The notes beneath the pieces were generated by a model. That model did no database searches. It worked only from the letters and a program-made list of their open reading frames with translations, and was not told where the DNA came from. A program made the translations under genes and the position numbers. From assembly GCA_964501035.1 (NCBI GenBank), contig CAZCRK010000011.1, positions 1 through 37,819 of the forward strand: a stretch of 37,819 bases of DNA, given 5' to 3'. Position 1 is the first letter of the stretch. Every line of letters starts with the position of its first letter. This document shows positions 8,001-18,166 of this stretch, one piece after another.

Positions 8001-9362
8001 ATGAATAATTACATATTTAGGAAGTATGATATACGTGGTATTGTTGAAACTGATTTCACAGATGATGTTGTTCAAAATTTGGGCAGAGCATTTGGTACCT
8101 ACGTTGTAAGAAATGGTGGAAAAACAGTTTCAGTAAGTGGTGATGTTAGGGATACAACCCCCACATTGAAACACAATTTGATAAAAGGTTTGTCAGATGT
8201 TGGTGTTCACGTATTAGATATGGGAATTGTCCCTACTCCAGCTAACTATTTCAGCATGTTTGAGCTGGATGTTGATGGTGCAGTTCAAATTACAGGAAGT
8301 CATAATCCTCCTGAATACAATGGTTTTAAGATTTCGTATAATCAACGTGCATTTTACGGTGAACAGATTATGGATATAAAATCGATGATTGAGACGCAAG
8401 ATTTTGATTTGGCAAAGGGAACAGTTGAATCTGTCGATATTTTAACTGCTTATCATCAGATGTTAGTAGATAAAATAACATTAGAAAAACCTATAAATAT
8501 TGTAATGGATTGTGGAAATGCAGCAGGATGTATTTCTGCACCTACAGTGTTTGAAGCACTAAAGATTAAAACAAAACCCTTGTTTTGTGATGTTGATGGA
8601 ACGTTTCCCAATCATCATCCTGATCCAACAGAAGATCATAATTTGGTTGATGTAATTGCAGAGATTAAATCAGGAGATTATGATGTAGGAGTTGCATATG
8701 ATGGGGATGCAGACCGTGTAGTTGCAGTTGATGAAAAGGGTGAAATTATCCGATCTGATGTGCTCATGTCACTGTTTTTACCAGAAGTAATTGAAGCTGA
8801 AGGTGATGCAATTGTATTTGATGTTAAATGTTCTCAAGCACTTGAAGATATGATTCACAAATATAAAGGTACTCCTGTTATGTGGAAAACAGGGCATTCT
8901 TTAATTAAGGATAAAATGAAAGAGTTAGGAGTTAACTTTGCTGGAGAAATGAGCGGACATATTTTCTTTGCTGATGATTTCTTTGGTTTTGATGATGCTA
9001 TTTATGTTTCACTTCGACTAATTCAATTATTATCAAGAACTGATAAAAAACTTTCTGAGTTAGTAGCTAAAATACCAAAATATTATTCTACTCCTGAAAT
9101 GCGATTGAATTGCCCAACTGATGAAGAAAAATTTAACATTTCTAAAAAAGCAGAAGAATATTTTAAAACAAACTATGATTGTATAGCTGTTGATGGAGTT
9201 CGTATTAAGTTTGGAGATGGATGGGGATTAGTTCGTGCATCAAATACTCAAGCAGTCATTGTTTGTAGGTTTGAAGCGCAAACCCTTGAACGAATGGAAG
9301 AAATTAAATCTTTAGTTTTAACTAAATTAAACGAGTTTGGAGAAGTTTCGATTAATGAATAA
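8001..9362 (+). CDS. Phosphomannomutase/phosphoglucomutase (AlgC-type alpha-D-phosphohexomutase)
   Basis: IFRKYDIRG, TGSHNP (phosphoserine), DGDADR (metal loop), GEMSGH (PMM/PGM sugar loop) and VRASNT. Confidence 0.95.
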   Translation: MNNYIFRKYDIRGIVETDFTDDVVQNLGRAFGTYVVRNGGKTVSVSGDVRDTTPTLKHNLIKGLSDVGVHVLDMGIVPTPANYFSMFELDVDGAVQITGSHNPPEYNGFKISYNQRAFYGEQIMDIKSMIETQDFDLAKGTVESVDILTAYHQMLVDKITLEKPINIVMDCGNAAGCISAPTVFEALKIKTKPLFCDVDGTFPNHHPDPTEDHNLVDVIAEIKSGDYDVGVAYDGDADRVVAVDEKGEIIRSDVLMSLFLPEVIEAEGDAIVFDVKCSQALEDMIHKYKGTPVMWKTGHSLIKDKMKELGVNFAGEMSGHIFFADDFFGFDDAIYVSLRLIQLLSRTDKKLSELVAKIPKYYSTPEMRLNCPTDEEKFNISKKAEEYFKTNYDCIAVDGVRIKFGDGWGLVRASNTQAVIVCRFEAQTLERMEEIKSLVLTKLNEFGEVSINE

Positions 9363-10311
9363 AATTGATATCCCAAATTATCAATCAATAATCAATGAAA
9401 GATTGAAGCAAATTTATGATGATGGACCAATCTCCATGGTTCAACCTATCAACTACGTGTTAGCAAATAGTGGAAAAAGGCTTCGACCCATTTTAACGTT
9501 ACTATCTGCAATGGCATGTGGAAGTGATTATAAAATTGCTCTACCATCAGCAATTGCAATGGAGATATTACACAATTTTACTTTAGTACACGATGATATA
9601 ATGGATGATGATAATTTGCGTCATGGACATCCTACCGTGCATAAAAAGTGGGATGTTGGAACAGCTATATTAACAGGTGATGCAATGGTTGCACTTGCAT
9701 TTAAAGAGTTAAGCATGACTGAATCTAAAGCTAGAATTCACCAAATTGAAGTATTCATAGAAGGGTTATTAGCCGTGTGTGAAGGTCAGGCATTAGACAA
9801 AGAATTTGAATCTAAAATGAATGTAAGTCTAAATGAATATATACGAATGATTGATTTGAAGACCGGACATTTATTGGGTTTGTCAGCAGAATTGGGTGGT
9901 CTTTCTGCAAACCAATGTAACGAATGTGCTATACGGCTAAGGAACTACGGTCGTTTAATTGGGCGTGCATTTCAAATTCAAGATGATCTCTTAGAATTGT
10001 TTTCTGATTCTGATAATATGGGAAAATCATTAAAAAGTGATATTATCCTAGGTAAAAAAACCTATTTAATGATTCAGGCAAGAGAACAAAATCCTAACGA
10101 GATTAATGAAGCAGTAAAAACTGCTAAAATTGATTTTCAAAAGGGAATAAAACAAATTCGAAATATTTTAATTGAAAGTAAAATAAAAGAAAAAACAGAG
10201 TTTGATATAAAACAAATTATTGAAGAAGCAAATGTGTTACTTGATGATAACTCTATTGATAAATCCATCATGTCCTATTTCAGTAACTTAATTTTAAAAA
10301 GAGGCAATTAA
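9355..10311 (+). CDS. Short-chain polyprenyl (FPP/GGPP) diphosphate synthase, IdsA-like
   Basis: GKRLRP, first Asp-rich motif HNFTLVHDDIMD...RHG, GQALD, KTG and second motif FQIQDDLLE. Start placed at the ATG at 9355, overlapping the PMM stop. Confidence 0.92.
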   Translation: MNKIDIPNYQSIINERLKQIYDDGPISMVQPINYVLANSGKRLRPILTLLSAMACGSDYKIALPSAIAMEILHNFTLVHDDIMDDDNLRHGHPTVHKKWDVGTAILTGDAMVALAFKELSMTESKARIHQIEVFIEGLLAVCEGQALDKEFESKMNVSLNEYIRMIDLKTGHLLGLSAELGGLSANQCNECAIRLRNYGRLIGRAFQIQDDLLELFSDSDNMGKSLKSDIILGKKTYLMIQAREQNPNEINEAVKTAKIDFQKGIKQIRNILIESKIKEKTEFDIKQIIEEANVLLDDNSIDKSIMSYFSNLILKRGN

Positions 10312-11363
10312 TGGAAAATATTTTAAAAAGTAAAAAATTGTTTGATGTTTCTGACATGTATTCAGCAATTCAGTCTTTTCCAAATCAAATTGAAGAATCT
10401 ATTGAATATATGGAAAGTTGGAAGACTTCAAAAACATATTCAGACATTCAAAATATTTTAATTTTGGGTATGGGGGGGTCCGCAATTGGAGGTGATGTTG
10501 TAAACATTCTAACACAAGCAGATTGCTCACTACCAATTATAGTTAATAGGTCTTATAAAATACCTGCTTGGGTAAATAAACATACATTGGTGTTAGCTTC
10601 ATCATATTCAGGAAACACAGAAGAAACATTATCTGCATTTAATCAATCATTAGAAAAGAATGCACCAATCATAGTTCTTTCGACAGGTGGGGAAATAAGC
10701 AATTTTGCAAGTAAACATAGATTAGATATAGTTCAATTACCAACAGGACTACAACCTAGAGCAGCTTTAGGTCATTCATTTACTCGTTGTTTACTAACTT
10801 TGCAACGTATTGGGTTTGTTTCGTCGTATTCACAACATTTATTGGATAGTATTGATCCACTTAAAGCACAATCAAATGAGTTAAGTGAGATTAAAGCAGG
10901 CAATCCCGCCATACTTTTAGCTGAAAAATTGTTTCAAACTATTCCAGTGATTTATGGTAGCGAGGAGTTGACAAAAGTTGTTGCATTGAGGTTTAGAGGG
11001 CAGTTGCAAGAAAATGCAAAAATGTTAGCATTTCATAATCATATGCCTGAAATGAACCATAATGAGATTGAAGGGTGGAATGAAAATCCAAGTTTACTTG
11101 AAAAATTAGCTATTTTGTGGATAAAAGATGATAGTGATCATGAACGAACACAAAAGAGAATGAAAGTAACTGCTGAACTTTTAAAAGAAAAAACTGATTA
11201 TCAGTATTCACTCTCTTTGGATGGAAAATCGCAAATTGAACGATTTCTTAAACTTATTCATTTTACAGATTGGATTAGTTATTATGCAGCATTATATCAT
11301 AAAATTGATCCGACACCCGTCAATAGAATTATGCAATTAAAACATGAAATGAGTAAAGACTAA
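10311..11363 (+). CDS. Bifunctional phosphoglucose/phosphomannose isomerase (SIS-fold PGI/PMI)
   Basis: GMGGSAIGG, SYSGNTEET, QPRAA, QENAK, PEMNHNEIEG and DPTPV. Confidence 0.93.
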   Translation: MENILKSKKLFDVSDMYSAIQSFPNQIEESIEYMESWKTSKTYSDIQNILILGMGGSAIGGDVVNILTQADCSLPIIVNRSYKIPAWVNKHTLVLASSYSGNTEETLSAFNQSLEKNAPIIVLSTGGEISNFASKHRLDIVQLPTGLQPRAALGHSFTRCLLTLQRIGFVSSYSQHLLDSIDPLKAQSNELSEIKAGNPAILLAEKLFQTIPVIYGSEELTKVVALRFRGQLQENAKMLAFHNHMPEMNHNEIEGWNENPSLLEKLAILWIKDDSDHERTQKRMKVTAELLKEKTDYQYSLSLDGKSQIERFLKLIHFTDWISYYAALYHKIDPTPVNRIMQLKHEMSKD

Positions 11364-11365
11364 AG

Positions 11366-11962
11366 ATGGTTTTGGTTGAAGTATTGAGGATTTCATATTA
11401 TGCTCCTAGCAAGGGGTATGCAGTCTTATTACAGGAAACAAATGGAAAAAGACAACTTCCAATTGTAGTAGGAAGTACGGAAGCGCAGTCTATTGCATTA
11501 GCATTAGAGGGCGTTGAAATGCCACGACCAATGACGCATGATTTAATTCAAAATATTTTTAGCTACCATAAGTCACTTGTAGATAAAGTTATTATTTCAA
11601 AGCTGACTAAAGGGACTTTCTTTGCACGTGTAATTTTGCAATCTGAACATTTGGGCGAGATAATTATAGATGCACGTCCTAGTGATGCAATAGCAATCAG
11701 TTTAAGAAGTATGGCTCCAATATATGTTAGAGCATCAATTATGAATAAGGTAGCAATTAGTGAAGGTGTCCAGTATGAGTCTAAAATATCAACTTTACAG
11801 CAACATTCTATTGAAGATAATTTTCAATTACCTCAAACACCAACTGAACTGATTGAAAATTTAAATAATGCTTTAGATAAAGCTATAAGTTCTGAAGAAT
11901 ATGAAGTTGCTGCTAAATTAAGAGATAAGATTAAAGTAATCGAAAAAAAGAAAAAAGATTAA
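11366..11962 (+). CDS. Bifunctional nuclease (DUF151/BFN) domain protein with a C-terminal UVR domain
   Basis: LPIVVGSTEAQSIA, RPMTHDL, DARPSDAIAISLR; UVR coiled coil LDKAISSEEYEVAAKLRDKI. Confidence 0.92.
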   Translation: MVLVEVLRISYYAPSKGYAVLLQETNGKRQLPIVVGSTEAQSIALALEGVEMPRPMTHDLIQNIFSYHKSLVDKVIISKLTKGTFFARVILQSEHLGEIIIDARPSDAIAISLRSMAPIYVRASIMNKVAISEGVQYESKISTLQQHSIEDNFQLPQTPTELIENLNNALDKAISSEEYEVAAKLRDKIKVIEKKKKD

Positions 11963-12669
11963 ATACCAAAATCTTTCATAGCTTGTTTGGAAGCGTCTTG
12001 TTCTGCTGCCTTTTTGTTTGTACCGTGCCCCATGTATGTTTTGTTTTTCCCAATATGAACTTGCATAGTAAATATTTTATCATGTTCAGGACCTTCAGAC
12101 TCACTTAAAATAAATTTTGGAGACCCCAAATTTTTCTTTTGGCAATACTCAATTAACTTACCCTTATAGTTTTTGTAATGTTTTGCTTCATCTGAATGAA
12201 TGATTAGAGTTCTATCAATGAATGAACATGCTTTTTGGATTCCACCGTCTAGGAATATTGCTCCAACAAGTGCTTCGTAAGTATCTGCCATAATTTTAAT
12301 ACCCACTTTTTCATTATCCAATTGAACTCCACAATCTGTAATTACAAAATCACGAATGTTTAAATAGTCTCCCATTTTGGCTAAAAAATGTTTATTCACC
12401 AAAGCCGCTCGCCGAAATGTTAGTTCCCCTTCATCTGCAACAGGGTTGTTTTTATACAACCAATTTGAAATCCTATAGTCGAGAATTGAATCTCCCAAAA
12501 ACTCTAATCGTTCGTAGTTATTTTCAGGATCTGATTGTGTGGATCTATGTGTTATTGCGGTAATTAAAAGAGAGACATTTTTAAAACGATACTTTAGTAT
12601 ATTTTCAATCTTCTTAACTTCAGAAGTTATGTGTTTTCTGTCTTTAAATATTCTCTTTAAAAATATCAA
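11959..12669 (-). CDS. rnc: Ribonuclease III
   Basis: NYERLEFLGDS, ADTYEALVGAIFLDGG and dsRBD (GPEHDKIF...KKAAEQDAS); TTG start overlaps the fabF stop. Confidence 0.97.
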   Translation of the reverse strand: MIFLKRIFKDRKHITSEVKKIENILKYRFKNVSLLITAITHRSTQSDPENNYERLEFLGDSILDYRISNWLYKNNPVADEGELTFRRAALVNKHFLAKMGDYLNIRDFVITDCGVQLDNEKVGIKIMADTYEALVGAIFLDGGIQKACSFIDRTLIIHSDEAKHYKNYKGKLIEYCQKKNLGSPKFILSESEGPEHDKIFTMQVHIGKNKTYMGHGTNKKAAEQDASKQAMKDFGI

Positions 12670-13898
12670 GATGTAAATTTTTTGAAAAGTAAAACTGCGT
12701 TATGCCCACCAAAACCAAATGTATTTGACATAACATAATCTACACTTTTTTCTACTGCATTGTTTGGAGTATAATGAAGGTTGCAATCTTCATCTTCAGT
12801 AGTATAGTTAATTGTCGGAGGAACAATGGAGTTTTGAATAGCTAAAATACCAGCAATAGCTTCAATTCCACCAGCTGCACCCAGTAAATGACCCGTCATT
12901 GATTTAGTGGAGCTTACATATAGATTTTCGGCATGTTCTCCAAATACAGTTCGTATTGCAATCGATTCATTTTTATCATTGTAATGGGTTGATGTACCAT
13001 GTGCATTAACATAATCTACATTAGTTGGTGAAATGTCGGCATCTTCAATTGCTCGTTTCATTGCACGAACCGCACCTTCACCATTTGGAGCTGGTGTTGT
13101 GAGATGATGTGCATCAGCAGTAGCTCCGTATCCAATAATTTCAGCAAGAATTGGAGCGTTTCTCTGTTGTGCATGCTCTAACTCTTCTAACACAAGCATA
13201 CCTGCACCTTCACCCATTACAAAACCATCTCGATTTAAGTCAAAAGGTCTGCATGCTGAATTTGCATCAGGATTTTTTGTTAATGCTTTCATGTTTGAAA
13301 ATCCAGCTATTGAAATTGGTGTAATTCCAGCTTCAGCCCCACCACAAACAATAGCCTTTGCATCACCATATTTAATTAATCTAAATGCATCACCAATTGA
13401 ATGGGAACCAGTTGCACATGCAGAAACCACAGAATAATTTGGACCTTTAAAACCATGCTCTATAGATACATACCCCGAAGCAATATCAGCAATCATAGAA
13501 GGAATAAAAAATGGACTCACTCTTCTTGGGTTTTTAAGGAGTCTTTGATGTTGTTCTTCAAATGTTTTAATTCCACCTACACCAGATCCAATAATTACTC
13601 CAATTTGATTTTTGTCAATTGATTCATCATTGAGCTTTGCTTGAGCAATTGCTTCTCGAGCAGATAAAATAGCAAAAGCAGTGTATCTATCCATTCGATT
13701 TAACTCTTTTGAATGGATATATTCATCTAATTGGATTGAAACCTCACCTGCTAAATGAACTGAATAATTTGATGTATCAAACAAAGTAATCTCATCAATA
13801 CCATTTTTTCCAGACTTTAATCCATCCCAATATTCTGGGGTGCTGTTACCGATGGGGGATAGAACCCCCATTCCGGTGATAACAACTCGTTTTGACAT
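12666..13898 (-). CDS. fabF: 3-oxoacyl-ACP synthase II
   Basis: RVVITGMG, SACATG, NAHGTST, KSMTGHLLGAAG and SNTFGFGGHN. Confidence 0.98.
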   Translation of the reverse strand: MSKRVVITGMGVLSPIGNSTPEYWDGLKSGKNGIDEITLFDTSNYSVHLAGEVSIQLDEYIHSKELNRMDRYTAFAILSAREAIAQAKLNDESIDKNQIGVIIGSGVGGIKTFEEQHQRLLKNPRRVSPFFIPSMIADIASGYVSIEHGFKGPNYSVVSACATGSHSIGDAFRLIKYGDAKAIVCGGAEAGITPISIAGFSNMKALTKNPDANSACRPFDLNRDGFVMGEGAGMLVLEELEHAQQRNAPILAEIIGYGATADAHHLTTPAPNGEGAVRAMKRAIEDADISPTNVDYVNAHGTSTHYNDKNESIAIRTVFGEHAENLYVSSTKSMTGHLLGAAGGIEAIAGILAIQNSIVPPTINYTTEDEDCNLHYTPNNAVEKSVDYVMSNTFGFGGHNAVLLFKKFTS

Positions 13899-13900
13899 TT

Positions 13901-14137
13901 TTATCCTAGTTTTTCAGATATATAGTCAACTGCTTGACCAACTGATAAAAGACTTTCTGCATCTTCATCAGGAATTTCAATTGAAAATTCTTCTTCAAAC
14001 TGCATAATTAATTCAACAGTATCCAAAGAATCTGCACCTAAATCATCAATAAATTTTGCTTCCATTGTGATTTTAGAAGCATCTGCACCCAATTTATCAA
14101 TAATTATCTCTTTTACTTTGTCAAAATGTTCTGACAT
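13901..14137 (-). CDS. acpP: Acyl carrier protein
   Basis: [30 protein letters not shown]. Confidence 0.98.
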   Translation of the reverse strand: MSEHFDKVKEIIIDKLGADASKITMEAKFIDDLGADSLDTVELIMQFEEEFSIEIPDEDAESLLSVGQAVDYISEKLG

Positions 14138-14150
14138 GTTTTTCTCCTTT

Positions 14151-14888
14151 TTATTGCATTACCATTCCACCATCAACATTGAACGTTTGTCCTGTAATAT
14201 ATTCAGCATCATCAGAAGCTAAAAAGCTTACTAGTTTTGCTACATTTTCAGGAGTTCCAAGTTTGCCAAGTGGAATCATTTCTGTTAAGCTGTCCCTCGC
14301 TTTTTCATCTAGCTCATCCGTCATCTCAGTGGAAATATATCCAGGAGCTACCGCATTTGTTGTGATATTACGAGAACCTAATTCTTTTGCAATGGATTTT
14401 GTTAGTCCAATTATACCTGCTTTTGAAGCAGCATAATTGCTTTGACCTTGGTTACCCATTAAACCAATTACCGACGTAATGTTAATTATTCTGCCAAACC
14501 GTGCTTTAATCATTGGGCGTGTAACAGCTTTAATACCATTAAAACATCCTTTTAAATTGATGGACATAATATCATCCCAATCAGTCTCTTTCATTCTCAT
14601 AATAATATTATCTTTAGTTATTCCGGCATTGTTAACCAAAATTTCAACTGACCCAAATGTTTCAATGGTTTTTGATACAACATTTGAAAAATCATCATAA
14701 ATTGACACATCGCAAGCTAAACTTATTGCATGTCCACCTTTGGAAATTATTTCAGATTCAACCTGTTTTAAGGTATCAATAGTTCTACTAATTAAAACGA
14801 CATTAATCTGTTTTGATGCAAGTTCGAAGGCAATTGCTTTTCCAATTCCTCGGGAAGCACCAGTTATGATTGCTGTTTTATTGTTCAT
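14151..14888 (-). CDS. fabG: 3-oxoacyl-ACP reductase
   Basis: [21 protein letters not shown] and NAVAPG. Start at the ATG at 14888 (MNNKTA) rather than 14915. Confidence 0.97.
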   Translation of the reverse strand: MNNKTAIITGASRGIGKAIAFELASKQINVVLISRTIDTLKQVESEIISKGGHAISLACDVSIYDDFSNVVSKTIETFGSVEILVNNAGITKDNIIMRMKETDWDDIMSINLKGCFNGIKAVTRPMIKARFGRIINITSVIGLMGNQGQSNYAASKAGIIGLTKSIAKELGSRNITTNAVAPGYISTEMTDELDEKARDSLTEMIPLGKLGTPENVAKLVSFLASDDAEYITGQTFNVDGGMVMQ

Positions 14889-15789
14889 GATTTTGTATTT
14901 GCTCCAAACTTCCAATACTTTGGTTTGTTGATTCGGGTATAATTCTTCTGTTTAAACCATGCAAAACTTTTCCTGGACCTATTTCAAAATAGTTTAAAAA
15001 TCCATCTAACTTCATTTGTAAAATAATAGAAGACCATAGTACTGGCATTTCAAGTTGTTTTAAAATATTTTCCTTTATTATCCCAGCATCTTGGGTTGGT
15101 TTTGATGTTACATTTTGATAAACTGGTACTTCAGCATCTTTGAAATTTACGGAATTTAAAGCATTTGATAAAGGTTCTCTTGCAGGTTTCATTAATGGTG
15201 AATGAAAAGCACCGGATACATTTAAGGGAAGAGCACGTCTGATTCCTAACGATTTTGCAGTTTCAATCGCAGATTTTACAGTATCAACTTCACCTGAAAT
15301 TACTACTTGCCCCGGGGCATTAATATTCGCAGGTACAACTATTCCATCTTGTGTACAAATTTTTGATATTTGTTCTTCATCAGCTCCTAGAATTGCTGCC
15401 ATAGATCCAGCAGATACTTTACCTGCATTTGCCATTTCTTCTGATCTAATTTTAACAATATGTAAAGCATCTTCAAATGTGAGTACTTTTGCAGACACCA
15501 ATGCAGAAAACTCACCCAAACTGTGACCTGCAACTGCACTAGGGTAAACATGTTTATCTTGCAATAATTTAGATACAATTACACTATGTACAAAAATGGC
15601 TGGTTGAGTAAATTGTGTTTGTTTAAGGGTTTCATTGGGTCCATTAAATGAAATATCAGAAATTGAAAATCCAAGTATTTCATCAGCAGATTCATACATA
15701 GATTGAGCAATTGAATTATTGGAAAATAAATCGTTTCCCATTCCTACAAATTGAGAACCTTGCCCTGGAAACAAAAAACATTGTTTCAT
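14878..15789 (-). CDS. fabD: Malonyl-CoA:ACP transacylase
   Basis: FPGQGSQ, TQPAI, GHSLGE, VSGAFHS and EIGPGKVL. Confidence 0.97.
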   Translation of the reverse strand: MKQCFLFPGQGSQFVGMGNDLFSNNSIAQSMYESADEILGFSISDISFNGPNETLKQTQFTQPAIFVHSVIVSKLLQDKHVYPSAVAGHSLGEFSALVSAKVLTFEDALHIVKIRSEEMANAGKVSAGSMAAILGADEEQISKICTQDGIVVPANINAPGQVVISGEVDTVKSAIETAKSLGIRRALPLNVSGAFHSPLMKPAREPLSNALNSVNFKDAEVPVYQNVTSKPTQDAGIIKENILKQLEMPVLWSSIILQMKLDGFLNYFEIGPGKVLHGLNRRIIPESTNQSIGSLEQIQNHEQ

Positions 15790-16784
15790 TAATCAAGTCC
15801 CCATTTTATATAAGATGCACCCCAAGTAAACCCAGCACCGAAAGAGGAAATAATAACATTATCACCTTTTTTCAACTGATTATTTTCGTATGCTTCTGCC
15901 ATACATATTGGGATTGTTGCAGCTGTAGTGTTTGCATATTTATCAATATTTACAAATACTTGTTCTTCTGATAGCCCCATTCGTTTTGCAGCGGCATCGA
16001 TGATTCGTTTATTTGCTTGATGGGGTATGAATAAATCAATTTTATCATTTGTTAAACCATTACGCTCAGCCACATCAAATGAAATATCTGCCATTCCTTT
16101 AACAGCATATTTAAATACATTTTTGCCATCTTGATAGATATAATGCATTTTATTTTCAACAGTTTTATGTGATGTTCTATGTAAACTACCACCGCCTTGC
16201 ATGTGTAAGTATTTTCCACCGTCGCCATCTATCCTGAGTTTAGAATCTATCAATCCAAACTCGGTTGAAGGTTCGAGTAAAACAGCTCCAGCTCCATCAC
16301 CAAAAAGAATACATGTATTTCTATCTTCATAATCCAAAATAGAACTCATAGTATCTACTCCAACCACTAAAACTTTTTCATATCGTCCAGATTCAATCAT
16401 AGAAGCACCTGTTTGAAGTGCAAATACAAACCCAGAACAAGCTGCAGATAAATCAAAACCCCATGCTTTTGAAGCGCCGATTTTATCTTGAATCAAAGCA
16501 GCAGAAGATGGAAAAATCATATCTGGTGTGACGGTTCCAACAATTATAACATCGATTTCTTCAGCAGTAATGCCTCGAGATTTTAATACCTTATTGATGG
16601 CATTAACTGACATTTCGACTGTCGCTTGGCCTTTATCCACAATTCGACGCTCAGAAATTCCAGTTCGAGAAACAATCCATTCATCAGAGGTTTCTACCAT
16701 TTTTTCTAAATCTTTATTGGATAAAATATTGGTTGGAAGATATTTTCCTAAAGCAGTTATGTTAGCTTTAATAGAATGATTCAC
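15789..16784 (-). CDS. fabH: 3-oxoacyl-ACP synthase III
   Basis: DLSAACSGF, FGDGAGA, PHQANKRI, YANTTAA and FGAGFTWG; GTG start. Confidence 0.97.
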   Translation of the reverse strand: MNHSIKANITALGKYLPTNILSNKDLEKMVETSDEWIVSRTGISERRIVDKGQATVEMSVNAINKVLKSRGITAEEIDVIIVGTVTPDMIFPSSAALIQDKIGASKAWGFDLSAACSGFVFALQTGASMIESGRYEKVLVVGVDTMSSILDYEDRNTCILFGDGAGAVLLEPSTEFGLIDSKLRIDGDGGKYLHMQGGGSLHRTSHKTVENKMHYIYQDGKNVFKYAVKGMADISFDVAERNGLTNDKIDLFIPHQANKRIIDAAAKRMGLSEEQVFVNIDKYANTTAATIPICMAEAYENNQLKKGDNVIISSFGAGFTWGASYIKWGLD

Positions 16785-16787
16785 GGT

Positions 16788-17810
16788 TTAACTATTCTCC
16801 TCAAATATATCTAAATGTTCTTCTAATTGGTTTGCAATGTTTTGAATCAATTTTTCAGAACATGCTTTTTGAACTGCAAACAACGCATTTTTAATTGCTT
16901 TATTTTTAGAAGCACCATGGCATTTGAATACTAATCCATTTACTCCAAGAAATGGAGTTCCCCCATGTTCTTCATAATCAAAACTTTTTCGAATATCATT
17001 AAAAACAGGGTAAAATAATGGTGCACCTACTCTACTAATAGGGTGGGATTTAATACTATCTTTGACCCAACCCATCATATGATTTATAAGACCTTCAGTT
17101 AACTTCAAAACGATGTTACCCGTAAAGCCATCACAAACCACAATATCTGCTTTTCCCTCAAGGAGGTAGCGTGATTCAATGTTCCCTACAAAATTTGAAA
17201 TATGTTCTTTTAACAATGGATACGCTGAGGAAGTGAATTCATTACCTTTACCCTCTTCTGATCCAATGTTCAACAAAGCAACTCGTGGATTTTTACGTCC
17301 ATTTATCTGTTCCATATATGCACTGGACATCAAAGCAAACTGAACAAGATGTTGAGGTTTAACATCTGAATTCGCTCCAGCATCACATAAAATAAATCCA
17401 TCATTTTTTGTAGGAATAAACGGTGCAAGAGCTGGACGTTTAATTCCTGGAATTTTACCAAGTATTAATAATGAAGTTGTAAGAAGAGCGCCAGTATTTC
17501 CTGCACTGACAACTGCATCAGCTTCACCAGATTTAACCAATTCAATTGCTTTTACTAATGATGAATCTGGCTTAGTTTTTATTACTCGAGATGGTCTATC
17601 ATCCATATCTACAGTTTGCGTTGCATGGTGAACTGAAACTCTATCTAAATTGGATGAAAATTTTACAAGTTCAGGTTCAATAAGAGCTTTGTTACCAACT
17701 AAAATTAGTTCACTGTTTTCAGAATGGAGGTCTTTTATAAAATCAAATGCACCTTTAATATTAGATAAAGGTGCAAAATCTCCGCCCATTACATCTAAGG
17801 CGATTTTCAT
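16788..17810 (-). CDS. plsX: Phosphate acyltransferase PlsX
   Basis: IALDVMGGDFAP, SAGNTGA, RPAL, NIGSEEGKG, CDGFTGNIVLK and KCHG. Confidence 0.97.
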   Translation of the reverse strand: MKIALDVMGGDFAPLSNIKGAFDFIKDLHSENSELILVGNKALIEPELVKFSSNLDRVSVHHATQTVDMDDRPSRVIKTKPDSSLVKAIELVKSGEADAVVSAGNTGALLTTSLLILGKIPGIKRPALAPFIPTKNDGFILCDAGANSDVKPQHLVQFALMSSAYMEQINGRKNPRVALLNIGSEEGKGNEFTSSAYPLLKEHISNFVGNIESRYLLEGKADIVVCDGFTGNIVLKLTEGLINHMMGWVKDSIKSHPISRVGAPLFYPVFNDIRKSFDYEEHGGTPFLGVNGLVFKCHGASKNKAIKNALFAVQKACSEKLIQNIANQLEEHLDIFEENS

Positions 17811-17825
17811 AGAATTGTTAAGCGG

Positions 17826-18008
17826 TTACGCTTCCTGTGATGAAATTACTGGTCTTCCTTTGTAGTAACCACACTCCGGGCAAGCACGGTATGGAAGTTT
17901 AGGCGAATTACATTGTTGACATGTTCCAACTTGTGGAACAGAATATTTCCAATGTGTACGTCTTTTTCTTCCTCGTGTTTTAGATATTTTTCTTTTTGGT
18001 ACAGCCAT
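17826..18008 (-). CDS. rpmF: 50S ribosomal protein L32 (zinc-ribbon, C+ form)
   Basis: MAVPKRKISK...CQQC...CPECGYYKGR. Confidence 0.97.
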   Translation of the reverse strand: MAVPKRKISKTRGRKRRTHWKYSVPQVGTCQQCNSPKLPYRACPECGYYKGRPVISSQEA

Positions 18009-18057
18009 ACTCTGTATTCCTTATATATCGTTTAAATTATGTCTTTACAAAAAGTAC

Positions 18058-18085
18058 ATTATAGTAAAGCTAAAAAATTTAGTAA
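18058..18085 (-). promoter_or_regulatory. Candidate sigma70-type promoter of the rpmF-fab-rnc operon
   Basis: TATAAT on the minus strand at 18063-18058, about 50 nt upstream of rpmF, which has an AAGGA SD; only a weak -35 (TTACTA, 16-nt spacer). Confidence 0.4.
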
Positions 18086-18166
18086 TTATTCGTTATGTAA
18101 ACCAAGAAAAATAGATTAGTTTTACTTGCAAAATATAAATGTAAAAATAACAAGCAAAATTTATGT

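Noticed and set aside
18120..18159. Imperfect inverted repeat TTTTACTTG...CAAGCAAAA after the membrane-protein gene as a terminator
   Set aside because: AT-rich stem with a loop over 20 nt; too weak to support.
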